Shown in pieces: positions 11,160 to 21,810 of a stretch of DNA of 64,000 bases (position 1 is the stretch's first letter; every line of letters begins with the position of its first letter). Source of the DNA: Piedraia hortae CBS 480.64 (lineage: Eukaryota); NCBI GenBank assembly GCA_010093745.1, contig MU005970.1, positions 68,138 to 132,137 of the forward strand, written 5' to 3'. The notes under the pieces were generated by a model. The model was not told the DNA's origin and did no database searches. It saw only the letters and a list, made by a program, of their open reading frames with translations. Position numbers and translations under genes: made by a program.

Positions 11160-13157
11160 ATGACAATGTCAATGGCCGACGTCGAGCCGCCACGCCGCAT
11201 CCGCGCGCTGGACGAAGATGTAGTGAACAAGATTGCGGCCGGGGAGATTATCGTCGCGCCGGTTCATGCGCTGAAGGAACTGATTGAGAATGCCGTTGAT
11301 GCAGGGGCGACAAGCGTGGAGATTCTGGTCAAGGATGGCGGCCTGAAGCTGCTGCAGATCACCGACAATGGCTGCGGCATCAACAAGGACGACCTGCCGA
11401 TCCTGTGCGAGCGCTTCACGACCAGCAAGCTGCAGGCGTTTGAGGATCTGACCAGCATCGCAACCTACGGCTTTCGCGGCGAGGCTCTGGCCAGCATCAG
11501 CCACATTGCCCACCTCTCCGTCACGACCAAAACCGCCGAATCAAGCTGCGCGTGGAAGGCGCACTACGGCGGCGGCAAACTAGTGGCGCCGAAGCCTGGG
11601 CAGAAGGCGGAGCCGCGGGCGTGTGCCGGGCGACAGGGCACACAGATTGTGGTCGAGGATCTCTTCTTCAATGTCCCGACGCGCAAGAGAGCCTTTCGCT
11701 CGTCCAGCGAAGAGTATGCCAAGATCGCCGAGACGGTCGGCAAGTACGCCGTGCACTGCAACGGCGTCGCGTTTACATGCAAAAAACACGGAGAGGCCGG
11801 CGTTGGCATTGCCGTTCCGGCCGGCGCCACCGTCCGCGACCGCATCCGCATCATCTACAGCAGTTCCGTGGCCAACGAGCTGATCGAATTTCGAATTACC
11901 GATGCGCAGTATGGCGTGGTGGTGGACGGCCTCGTCAGCAACGCCAACTACAGCGGGAAGCGCACGTCGCTCCTGCTCTTCATCAACCACCGCTCCGTCG
12001 ACTCCGCAGCCGTCAAGCGGGCAGTAGAGAAGACATATACCGCCTTCCTTCCCAAGGGCGGCAAGCCCTTCATCTACCTCAGTCTACAAATCGATCCAGC
12101 ACGGGTTGACGTGAACGTCCATCCCACAAAGCGGGAAGTCAACATCCTGAACGAAGACGAAATCATCGACCTCATCAGCGACGAAATCCGTACAAAGCTA
12201 GGCAACGTCGACAAGAGCCGTACATTCCTCACGCAGAGCCTCCTCACCGGCAGCGGCCTCGGCCTTTCCCGACCCTCAAACGATGAATCACCCCAAACGC
12301 CCGAAGGGCGTCTCCCATCCAAAAAGCGAGCAGACAACAGTCTAATTCGCACGGATGCCAAAATCCGCAAAATCACCAGCATGATGGGTCCCTCCTCCCC
12401 CCTTTCCACCCCAACCCACACCCAACAACCAATCTACACCCCTCGCTCCAAATCGCCCGTAACCTGCCGTCTCACAACGATCAAAAACCTCCGCGCCGCA
12501 GTACGTGAAGCAGCCCACACCGACCTCTGCACAATCTTCCGCGAAGCAACCTTTGTCGGCCTCGTCAGCTCCGCGAAGCGGCTCTACTCCATGCAAAGCG
12601 GCACCAAACTGTACCTAGTCGACTACGGCCTCGCAAGCTATGAATACTTCTACCAAGTCGGCCTCACCGATTTTGGCAATTTCGGCGAAATCGAATTCTC
12701 ACCTGCACTTGACCTCCGCTCACTCCTCGAAATCGCATCCGCTAAGCATGCCGACACAGAGGTAGAAAAAACAGCCCTACAACTGCTGTCAAAAAGGGAG
12801 ATGTTGGAGGAGTATTTCTCCATGCGGATTTCATCGAAAGGGGAGCTTCTCACCCTTCCGTTGATGATGAGAGGCTACACCCCCTCTTTGGGGAAACTAC
12901 CGCACTTTCTCCTAAGGTTGGGGGAGGCGGTAGATTGGTATACTGAGGAGGAGTGTTTTCGTACGTTTCTTTCTGAGCTGGCGCGGTTTTATGTCCCTGC
13001 GCGTGGGCAGGATGATAATGAGGGGGAGAGGAGGATTGTGGAGGAGGTTCTGTTTCCTGCTTTTTGCGCGAGGTTGATTCCTACAAAGTATTTACTTCCG
13101 GGAGTGGTGGAGATTGCGGATTTGAAGGGGTTGTATAAAGTTTTTGAACGGTGTTAA
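11160..13157 (+). CDS. MLH1: DNA mismatch repair protein MutL homolog 1
   Basis: VVNKIAAGE, KELIENAVDAGA, DNGCGI, TYGFRGEALASISH, VDVNVHPTK and the C-terminal YKVFERC. The start could be the ATG at 11160, 11166 or 11172. Confidence 0.97.
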   Translation: MTMSMADVEPPRRIRALDEDVVNKIAAGEIIVAPVHALKELIENAVDAGATSVEILVKDGGLKLLQITDNGCGINKDDLPILCERFTTSKLQAFEDLTSIATYGFRGEALASISHIAHLSVTTKTAESSCAWKAHYGGGKLVAPKPGQKAEPRACAGRQGTQIVVEDLFFNVPTRKRAFRSSSEEYAKIAETVGKYAVHCNGVAFTCKKHGEAGVGIAVPAGATVRDRIRIIYSSSVANELIEFRITDAQYGVVVDGLVSNANYSGKRTSLLLFINHRSVDSAAVKRAVEKTYTAFLPKGGKPFIYLSLQIDPARVDVNVHPTKREVNILNEDEIIDLISDEIRTKLGNVDKSRTFLTQSLLTGSGLGLSRPSNDESPQTPEGRLPSKKRADNSLIRTDAKIRKITSMMGPSSPLSTPTHTQQPIYTPRSKSPVTCRLTTIKNLRAAVREAAHTDLCTIFREATFVGLVSSAKRLYSMQSGTKLYLVDYGLASYEYFYQVGLTDFGNFGEIEFSPALDLRSLLEIASAKHADTEVEKTALQLLSKREMLEEYFSMRISSKGELLTLPLMMRGYTPSLGKLPHFLLRLGEAVDWYTEEECFRTFLSELARFYVPARGQDDNEGERRIVEEVLFPAFCARLIPTKYLLPGVVEIADLKGLYKVFERC

Positions 13158-13250
13158 ATGAATCTAACTACTATTGGGGTGGTATTGTACAGATGTGACC
13201 CCGGGGGGAGGGGGGGTTTCCCTTTTTTTTTTCGTTTTTTTTTCTTTTTT

Positions 13251-15248
13251 TTATGTGTCCAAGGGGTTGGGGAAGTAGACTACTGTTTTCTTTCCCAGGG
13301 GGTTTGGGTCGAGGCAGAAGAGGTCGGCGGTTTGGAGGTATTCTCTCTCGCCGGGGAGGGAGTCTGTGCTGTTGCATCCGCCCACGTCGCGGCGAAGGGT
13401 TTCGGCGTACTGCTCTGTTTCTGCCTTGAAGCGCATTGGATCGACGCGTTCGCCGGTGGGGAGGAGGTAGGGGAGGGAGGCTAGTGGCGGTAAGTCGCCG
13501 GAGAAGGGGAGGTACTTGTGCAGAGGCTCGTCGGGGGAGGTATCACCCTTCTTTTTCGTCTTTTTCGTCTTTTTCGTCCTTCCCTTGGGCGATCGTGAGT
13601 GCGTTAGCTCGTCTTCCGGATCGGAAGTCTCAGAGAGGTACTCTTCAGGGACAAAGTCGAGGTCGTTGTGCTTGGCTGAAAAGGGTCGAGCGGGGAAGAG
13701 GGATGTCCATCCCCTCGCTCGCGTTAGTTCGAGGAGGTACTCTAACCATGCGGGCTGCGTCTCGGGTACCAGTCTGGGCCGCTTCGGAAGTTCGTTTTTG
13801 GAGGCGGATTTCAGCCGGTTGGAAAGGTAATTGTGCAGCGTGGCCCACTTGTCGCCGAAGAGTAGAGTCGCTGTCGCGGAGGGTGTTTGATAGACAAAAG
13901 GCGCAGCTTCGCTTTGGTTATGTGAGCGGTATTGCTCCGTCTGCATTTCCTTGACCAACGGGTGGGGGAAGGCGGCTTCGCCGTTCCACAGCGTTGATGG
14001 GACGTCGAGTGTGATGCCAAAAATGTCATCGGTATGGAGGTCGCTGTCGCGAGAGTATTTGTAGCCCAGTACGGCGTAGTGTAGATAATGAAGATACATG
14101 GGGTTCAGCTCCGCTTGAGGTGAGAGGATCAGGACATGGTGATCAGAGTAGCTGGATGGATAGAAGGATTCAAGGAAGCGAATGGAGGCCTGCAGAGGAC
14201 TAGGCCGACTGCTGGATATGCGGTGGCGGAGAGTCAACGTCGCCCTCGAACCATCATACGGTGGCCAATTCATGCCATTGATGTATGACTGCAGCGTGGG
14301 ATTAACGTCGGCTGGGAGCTCGATGGTCAGACGAGGAGCTTTTAGCCCTGCATATTCAGCATCTTGCAGACTGCGTAAAAGCCTGATCATGCCCCCGGCA
14401 CCGTTGGGCGGCGCCTGGATGATTATGTCAATATCTGGCTTGGACCAGTTGCTCAGACTGCCTGCGTCAAGTCGGGTAATCCACATGAATGCCTCATATT
14501 GGTTAGCTGGCAGCTCGATGAGCGTCTGCTGGTAGCCCTTTGAAAAGTCTCTCAAGACACGAGAAAAGGTGGCATCTTCGAGCTCAGCATCATCCATAAT
14601 CACGGCCCGAGGGTGTATAAAAAGGAGAACATGTCTCAGCGCACCCAATATGGCAGATTCCGTCCTCTCGTCCGTGCTGTCTTCGCTGTGGTCGCTACGA
14701 GCGTCGTGGAAGTAGACAGGGCAGTCGGCCTTGTTCACTCCGTTGACAGCTAGGATGTCGCTAACGGGCAAGGTGTCTCGGCCCATGAAGACCATATGCA
14801 CGTAGTTGCGGTCCCATGAGGCCATCTCGCACGCGAGCGGCATGATGTGGGCCACGCTCTGCAGCGACGACGCGGCGAATAGGACATTACGGTCCAGGAT
14901 CTGTGTCCAACGGGCCTCTTGTGGACTGGGCTGCAGCGTAGAACTGAGTTTCGGTAGCTTGACGGGGCCGTTGTACGTTCTCTGCGGGTTCTCGGGTGCT
15001 GGGAGAAACACATCCGCCGGCGAGAGATTTTGCAGAGCGCCGTGCTGTCTCGGTAGCTGTGTCTCCGCACGCAGGCACTGTGACGTCGGCGCGAGCCAGT
15101 ACAGCAGGCCGAGCGTCGCCAGCGCCCCCAGCAGCCGTCGTCGCCGCCATCGCCACGGCGGAGACCAGCTTTTCGATCGTGACGCTTTTGCCTCGGCGTC
15201 CTTCCAGCTCATCGGCAGCCCCGGCGAGGGGCGCGCGCTACCCAACAT
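13251..15248 (-). CDS. Conserved fungal type II membrane protein, glycosyltransferase-2-like
   Basis: 665-aa ORF with an N-terminal TM segment and motifs PLACEMA, VYFHDAR, IRLLRSLQDAEY, RFLESFYP, HVLILSPQAEL and LFGDKW, typical of this Pezizomycotina family. Confidence 0.75.
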   Translation of the reverse strand: MLGSARPSPGLPMSWKDAEAKASRSKSWSPPWRWRRRRLLGALATLGLLYWLAPTSQCLRAETQLPRQHGALQNLSPADVFLPAPENPQRTYNGPVKLPKLSSTLQPSPQEARWTQILDRNVLFAASSLQSVAHIMPLACEMASWDRNYVHMVFMGRDTLPVSDILAVNGVNKADCPVYFHDARSDHSEDSTDERTESAILGALRHVLLFIHPRAVIMDDAELEDATFSRVLRDFSKGYQQTLIELPANQYEAFMWITRLDAGSLSNWSKPDIDIIIQAPPNGAGGMIRLLRSLQDAEYAGLKAPRLTIELPADVNPTLQSYINGMNWPPYDGSRATLTLRHRISSSRPSPLQASIRFLESFYPSSYSDHHVLILSPQAELNPMYLHYLHYAVLGYKYSRDSDLHTDDIFGITLDVPSTLWNGEAAFPHPLVKEMQTEQYRSHNQSEAAPFVYQTPSATATLLFGDKWATLHNYLSNRLKSASKNELPKRPRLVPETQPAWLEYLLELTRARGWTSLFPARPFSAKHNDLDFVPEEYLSETSDPEDELTHSRSPKGRTKKTKKTKKKGDTSPDEPLHKYLPFSGDLPPLASLPYLLPTGERVDPMRFKAETEQYAETLRRDVGGCNSTDSLPGEREYLQTADLFCLDPNPLGKKTVVYFPNPLDT

Positions 15249-15358
15249 GGATCATACCCTAGGACGTTGGCGTTGGGAGGTCTATTCTTGGCGGGTGGGT
15301 ACACACGTATCATGTAGATCTCTCGTCGTTAGGGGAGACTTCCCAAAGCTATGGACGG

Positions 15359-16782
15359 TTATTTCTTTTGAAAAAAGGACCTAATGTTGCCCTGTCCCGC
15401 GGCAGGCTTCTTCGGCGCTGCTTTTGCCCCAACTTTGGCCTTTTTCGGTGGAGGTTCATCCTCGGAGAACGATTCCCACACCGCTTCTTCCTTAGTGACT
15501 GCTTCGTGTCAGCCAGTCCTTCCTGCGAAACAGCTACAAACGTACCTAGGTAGCCGTCTTCGTCCTTGACAGTCTTCTTCTTCGTCACTCTTCGTCTGCC
15601 CCTTCGTCTCCCGTTCTCCACTGTCATTGTCTCCTTTTCCTCCTTAGCTGGCTCCGCCTTGGCTGGTTCTGCCTTATCCTTGTCCCCCTCCATGGCTGAT
15701 TCCGCCTTGTCAATGGCTCCTTCATCATCGCCCACGTCTTCCATCTCCTCGTCTTCCATCTCCATCATAGCCTCGAGCTCTGCCTTGCGGTCTTTTTTCG
15801 ACTTGCCAGCCGGTTCTGGCGCTGGGTCATCCACGTCCATGGACTCTGGACCTGCTTCTTCATCTGAGAAAGTGTTCATGGGCTCATCTTCAGGTGTGGG
15901 TTCCTTTGCCTTTGGTGCCTTGGTTTTAGCGAATGATTTGAACAGTGCAGAGTTCTGTTTGGACTTTTCGGCTGGTTTGGAACTTGATTTTGATGGGCCC
16001 TGAGAGTCTCTGGACGCCTGCTTCACGAGCGGCGGTGGTTTTGTCTTTGACTCTGCTTCTTTTGCTGGGGGCTTCTCAACCTTTGCCGGCGATTTCTCTG
16101 CCTTTTCAGCTTTTACGGGAGCCCTCGCTGCTTCTGGTGCGGGAGGCTTCCTCGCCAAGGTTCTCCGCTTCACTTCCGTGTTATGGATCGTCCCGTACTG
16201 CCTCCACACAAGCAACGGATCTTCTGCTGCATAGCGCGTCTCCATGTCGCGATTGCAATTTGCTAGGCTTTGAATATCGCTCAGTCCATTGGCTTCAAGG
16301 CTGTATATGTGGACGCTTTCGATCTTGTCAAAAGAGCTCTTGGCCTTTTCCAGATCTTCTTGCTTTGCCAATACGACTGAATGAAGCGGGACTGGATGTC
16401 TTTCTTCGGGTGTGCCTTGAGTCGATATTGGACTGCTTTGCATGAACGCATCGTCTCCATCCTGGCTCGGCTGGCTCGGCTGGCTCGGCTGGCTCAGCGC
16501 TGGCTGCTTGGTGCCGGTGATGAGATACGTCGCATGCACCGAGCCCGCGTGTTTGGCATTCTGCGAGCGGTAGAAGTCTTCCAGGTTGCTGCCAAGTGTC
16601 AGATTGTTCCCCCCTTCACGTCTGTCGTCCCTTACGTCTTTGCGCGGTTGACATGGACCTTCAACGCCCGACTGAGCATGCGATAATTGACCTGGCCGTG
16701 TTAGATGTGAAATCACTCGTCGATTACAACTCGCCTGCTGCTGCTCGTTGAGCACGTTGGCGGCGAGATACTCTGTCGCCAT
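15359..16782 (-). CDS. POL32: DNA polymerase delta subunit 3 (Pol32/Cdc27), spliced
   Basis: MATEYLAANVLNEQQQ|VNYRMLSRALKVHVNRAK..., VHATYLITG, VHIYSLE, GRRRGRRRVTKKKTVKDEDGYL|VT and a C-terminal PIP box QGNIRSFFQKK*. Introns at 16734-16692 (GC-AG), ~16635-16587 and ~15546-15499. Confidence 0.92.
16461..16496. repeat. 9-bp tandem repeat (CTGGCTCGG)x4 encoding SQP repeats in Pol32
   Basis: Directly visible; translates as SQPSQPSQPSQ on the minus strand. Confidence 0.9.
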
Positions 16783-16862
16783 GGCTGTGGTTGGTGACGC
16801 GCGGGAGACGCGACGCGAACTCGTTTCAATTTGCGACAACCTGGGATGGACGGCGACTTGCA

Positions 16863-19800
16863 ATGGACGACGATGACGATCTCAAACTTGTCAAAGCGTC
16901 GGCGTCGCTGTTGTCTGATCTCAAAGAATCGCTGCCGAAACTGCTGTGGAAGCCTGGCAAGCCCCGACGGGCTCATAGACAAGTGCGCAAAAATGACCTT
17001 GACCATGTAACTAAACTGGTAGGAATATATAACGTACCGCTGTTCCAGCTCATCGAATGGCAATAGATTGAACCGTTCCAAGGCGAGCCGCAGCTGCTTG
17101 ATTCCAGTCTGGCTTCCATCGTCCCACCCATTATTGAAGCCTATCTGGAGCAACTCTCCCTTCCCCCAAAAGACGAGAAGAATCTGTCCTTACAGGAAGC
17201 AGTATGCATTATTCTCTACACATTGCGTAAAGTCCGCGGCTATAAGGTCATCGTTGGCTTCTTCAACAACGAACCTCGATACCTGGAGCCCGTTCTGAAA
17301 GCTCTCGAGGATGCTTCCGATGCGAAGTGGCAGGTCTCGTATGTGCTACTCTTGTGGCTCTCTCACCTCCTTTTGACTCCATTTGATCTTTCAACCATAT
17401 CTACAGCCAAGGAACAGGATGGTCTCCCTTCCGTCGCGGTTCGATGTCTACATGTTGGCACGCATTACCTCCCAACGTCTACAAAAGCTCAAGAAGCTTC
17501 AGCTGCAATGCTTGTGCGTCTTTTCGTCCGGCCAGATATGCGCAAGCTGGATGTATCAAACTCGTTTGTTGGGCAAAGTCTGCAAGTTGTGAAGAACGGC
17601 AATGCGGAGCTATCTTACCAAAACATTGGACATCTTCGGCTTCTTGCCAGAGTGGCAGCGTCTCCAGAGCTGGAACGATTTGCACCAGGAATTTACCGGA
17701 CGTGTGCCGAAATCACAGAGACAAATGCCGTAGCGAAGAAGCTGCTGGTCAAGATATTCCGCAACATCACCATCGTAGCCCTACGCTCTACAACTGCTGG
17801 ATCGCTGACGGTCTTTTTCGAACAAAACTCCATCCTGGAACAAGTAATCGAATATCTTTTGCAATCTCTCCCGGACAGAGACACTCCCGTCCGTTATGCC
17901 TCGGCCAAGGCACTCGGCCGCGTTGTCCTTGAGCTCGATCCTGCCATGGGACAGGAAGTCATTCAGGCCGTGTTGGACACATACAAGCAGGATTTGCCTC
18001 GGAACGGAGCTTCTTCTCTTGACTTCCGCACTGCCGATGCTTTACGCTGGCATGGACTCACCCTGTCCCTTAGCTACGCCTTGTTCAATCGCACTGCATC
18101 CCCATCCCAACTGCCCGACATCATCGAGCCGCTGGTTGCAGCCTTACAGTTCAACCAACGCTCTGGCACGGGAAGCCAACTAGGCACCAACGTCCGGGAC
18201 GCAGCAAACTTTGGAATCTGGTCCCTCGCCCGACGCTACACCACCGCGGAGCTCCAAAGCGTCGTCCTTCCCCAGAGGAAATCTGTCACCGTCATCCAAA
18301 CCCTGGCCATTCAATTAGTCTTATCCGCATGCCTCGACCCAGCAGGCAACATCCGGCGTGGCTCGTCCGCTGCGCTCCAAGAGCTCGTTGGCCGCCATCC
18401 CAACCAAATCACGCAAGGAATCCCCTTAGTCCAAGTTGTAGACTATCAAGCCGTCGGCCTCCGCGCGCGCGCAATGGTCGAAGTAGCGACCTCCGTCGCC
18501 TCGCTAGACGCCATCTACGTCGACCCACTCATCACAGCCGCAATGCAATGGCGAGGTGCCTGCGCCCCAGACACTTCCTCGCGCGAAAGCAGCGCGAAGC
18601 TTCTCTGCTCTCTCGGTAACGTGGAAGACAACCTCTCCACCGCTCTGCAACAACATTGCGAAATCGAGTCCGCTCACGGCTACCTCCTCGCCCTCGCGGA
18701 GCTTCCCTCCTTGAAAAGCTCACAATGGAACCTCCTCCCACATCTCCTCTCCCTAACAGAACCAATAACCCCGCGAGCACTGAACGCAGACCTCCCCGTC
18801 GCGGTCGCGCGGTTCCTAACAACCATCTGCTCAACCGCCGGGTCCCCTTCCGCTGAACAACTAAGTCATCTCGATATCCTCCTCGCACGCCTTCTAAACC
18901 GCAGCGAAGCATCCCTCCTCAACGTCATCCCGCAGCTCGCAAGGGCGGTGAAAGCCAGTGCTCTACGCCCGCAAACCCTGCAGTTCTCTAACCTCGCGAA
19001 ACCGGCTGCGGCAGGCTCCGCACTCGCGTTGGGCGTGATGATGCCTACGTACGAGAATGGAGCCGACGCTTTGCGGGTTTTGATGGACTGTGTTGCTTCA
19101 CCAACCGTCGAATGGAGAGTCACTGGTCTCAGGGCATTGGGAATCGCTCTCTCGAACCTACATACTGATACCTTGAGAGAAGAACTCATCATAACGCTAC
19201 ACAAGGCATTGAATGACTATACTATCGACGAGAGAGGCGATATTGGCTCGCTCGTTAGGGGACAGGCGCTGGAGTGTCTTGGTGATTGGAGGGGCGGAGG
19301 GGGAGGGTTTAGTGGAGGGCCTAACGGAGCATCTAACGGAGCGTCCCGCAGAGCATCACTCCAAACTACGAAATTTCCACCCCCCATCAACGCGGATATA
19401 GTAAGGCTGTCCCTCGAATCCCTTCCACGCGTCCGCCTTCGCGCGGCGCAGACGCTTGATCCCGCTGTTGAAGATGTCGCTTCTGTGGGGTACTTTTGGG
19501 GAGTTATGGAGAGAGTGTTGAGCGGTGCGGTTGGTGGGGCACGCGGAGCAAGCGTAGCGTGTAGTGGAGGAGTCGGCGGGGCGTTCGGCGGAGTGGTTAG
19601 TGGAGCGGTCGGCGGGGAGCTCAACGAGGCATCTGGCGGAGCATTCAGCGGCGCACCCAGCCAAGCGTCTCGCGAAGTCATGGACATGAACGAAGCACAT
19701 GGCACATCCCTCCACCATAACCCCCTCATCCTCTCCTCATGGGAAGGCCTCTCCCTCACCGCAGGAGGTAACTCCGAACCCGCCCCCGCGCGGGAGGCGA

Positions 19801-20306
19801 TTGCTCTTTTTCTTCCACGCCTCTCGGGGGAGGTTGTTGCAAGAGTTTTTATAACTCTCTTGGCTGCTGCGAGGAGGAGGGGGGATGGAAAGAAAGTTAC
19901 TGCGTTGCTTGAGACGGTGGGGTTTATACTTAATGGGACTTTGTGGAGTGGAGAGGGTGAGGACGGCTGCGAGGGCGAGCACCGAAATCAAAACAACAAG
20001 GGCGAAAACGCCGAGGAAGAAGGACAGACAATCAAAGGCCCGCGCAATCCCATTCTTCCCTCCGAAGCAACCCTCAACGCCCTCTTCAACGAAACTCAAA
20101 GATGTCACTTTAAATCCGGCAATTTGCAACTTCTTGCTGCTGCGGTGAAGGTATATAGGGGTCTTTTGGGTTGTGAGCTTGCACTGAAGACGAGGGAGGG
20201 AATCGTGAAGAAGTTGCATGCGATGGAGAAGATTCGCTTCGCGAGGGTTAGGGAGTTTGTGGGTGATGTGCTCCTTTGGGTTGAGAGGGAGGGGTTGGGG
20301 GGTTGA
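16863..20306 (+). CDS. TBCD: Tubulin-folding cofactor D (Alp1/Cin1/TBCD), one intron near the 5' end
   Basis: EPFQGEPQLLD, LYTLRKVRGYKVIVGFFNNEPRYLEP, LLLWLSHLLLTPFDL, DTPVRYASAKALGR, GTNVRDAANFGIWSLARRY, DPAGNIRRGSSAALQELVGRH and DYTIDERGDIGSLVR. Intron at ~17019-17066. Confidence 0.93.
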
Positions 20307-20691
20307 GGCTTGATTTGTTGAGGTGGAAAGCGTTGTATGGGGCGATTTTGTTGGGGGTGTGGTTGTGGTGCTGAGATGAGAGGCTGAGGATCGATGTTGG
20401 GACGGGGGTGGAGGGCTTTGTGTTGGGTGGAATGCTCGCAGTCTGTGGCGGAGATGGCAATCCCAGTGTTTGAGTGGTTATGGTGATGACAGGTTGTGCA
20501 AGCGCTGGGTAGGTGTTGACGTGTATGTTGCGGACACCCGCTGCTGTCGTCTTAAAATCGAGCCTGCTGCGATGGCTATGGCATACAGGTAGTTACCAAT
20601 GGACAATAAAGCCGAGAGACTGCGATGTTAGTACTCATGAAGCATGTAAGACGTGAAGTCTGGGTGAAAATGTGTGTGTAACTGTGTCCGT

Positions 20692-21060
20692 CTCTACGTG
20701 CTTACAGCTAACGCAATGTCCTCCACAGACCCACAGTTAGCCAGACCGCATTTGCCAAGACCACGCGATGACGTGACCTCGTCACCGGGGAAACCCCCTC
20801 TATGAGACAGCAAACCCTGCGAAGCCCCGGGCATTCTAACTGTGAGACGGTAAACCGTCTCATGCAGTATACAGCCAGGTCGCCTTTGCCAGCTTAGATA
20901 GAGGTCGATGCTTCTCAGGGTTTTTACCTCCATAGGAGGAAGTTTTTCCCTGCGACGAGGCACGGTGCCGTATATGCTCTGTGCGTGCTTGGTGACGGGG
21001 TATCGGTGAATGCGGCTAGACCTGGGTTAGCGTGAGGTGAAGTTCCGCACTTCACCTCAC
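20692..21060. mobile_element. Foldback repeat unit (family 'H'): two inverted copies of a ~150-200-bp body ending in a 29-bp palindrome
   Basis: 20841-21060 is the reverse complement of 31440-31645. 20700-20840 is a degenerate forward copy (GACCGCATTTGCC...GGGGAAACCCCCTCTATGAG...AAACCCTG). The palindrome is at 21032-21060. Confidence 0.75.
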
Positions 21061-21171
21061 AACATCACCTAAAAAAAACAGATAGAAAATACACACCATT
21101 GCCTTTCCTAATTCTTGCGACACTAATTACCACTAATACACCTCACCTGACACAGGGTTCACCGTGCTAGC

Positions 21172-21810
21172 ATGCAGGGGGTTAAGAACGTAGCCACATC
21201 AACACCACCAACCACAAAAACAATAGTACCGGAACACGAGCGCGACTCGCAACTAGGTTGTGTAGCGGAGCTATTCAACGTGAACCACTTCATCGTCCCA
21301 CAAGCGAGGCCCTACATTGCACCGATCATTGCGCCCTCGCTGAACCACACCCGCTCTTCACGCACCAGTCGAGTATCATGGACGAGCTCGGCGATGCATC
21401 TCGTCACTCTGGAGCTACAGCACAGGCTAGCGCAGCTAGACTCTTTAGGTCTCCTCTCGCAACGGCTGAGGTGGATCTTCATGGACGAGCCCGTGCCAGG
21501 TCCGTCGTGGACCCTCGTCCCGGATGTTGGATTCAGCGACTTTTGGCGACTTTTAGGTAAGACGCGCTGCGAGGAGGTAGAGAGGATGATGCGTCATGGT
21601 GAGAGGTGCGTTTGGCCTGCTGTTTGTTCGCTCAAAATTCGCTACGCAATTGAGGTCGAGCTGGATAGGGGCTATCAGCTTGCTCGGAGACGGAAGCCGT
21701 TTGAACCTGTGGATGAGAAAGAGGAATTTCCATTAAAGAAGGTTGAGGCTAGGCGTAGGGCTGCGTCTTTAGGTGCGCCGCCGGAGGCGGAGAATGTGGA
21801 GTGTTTGTAA
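21172..21810 (+). CDS. Hypothetical protein (212 aa)
   Basis: Open ATG-initiated ORF with a charged C-terminus and no recognisable domain. Confidence 0.4.
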   Translation: MQGVKNVATSTPPTTKTIVPEHERDSQLGCVAELFNVNHFIVPQARPYIAPIIAPSLNHTRSSRTSRVSWTSSAMHLVTLELQHRLAQLDSLGLLSQRLRWIFMDEPVPGPSWTLVPDVGFSDFWRLLGKTRCEEVERMMRHGERCVWPAVCSLKIRYAIEVELDRGYQLARRRKPFEPVDEKEEFPLKKVEARRRAASLGAPPEAENVECL

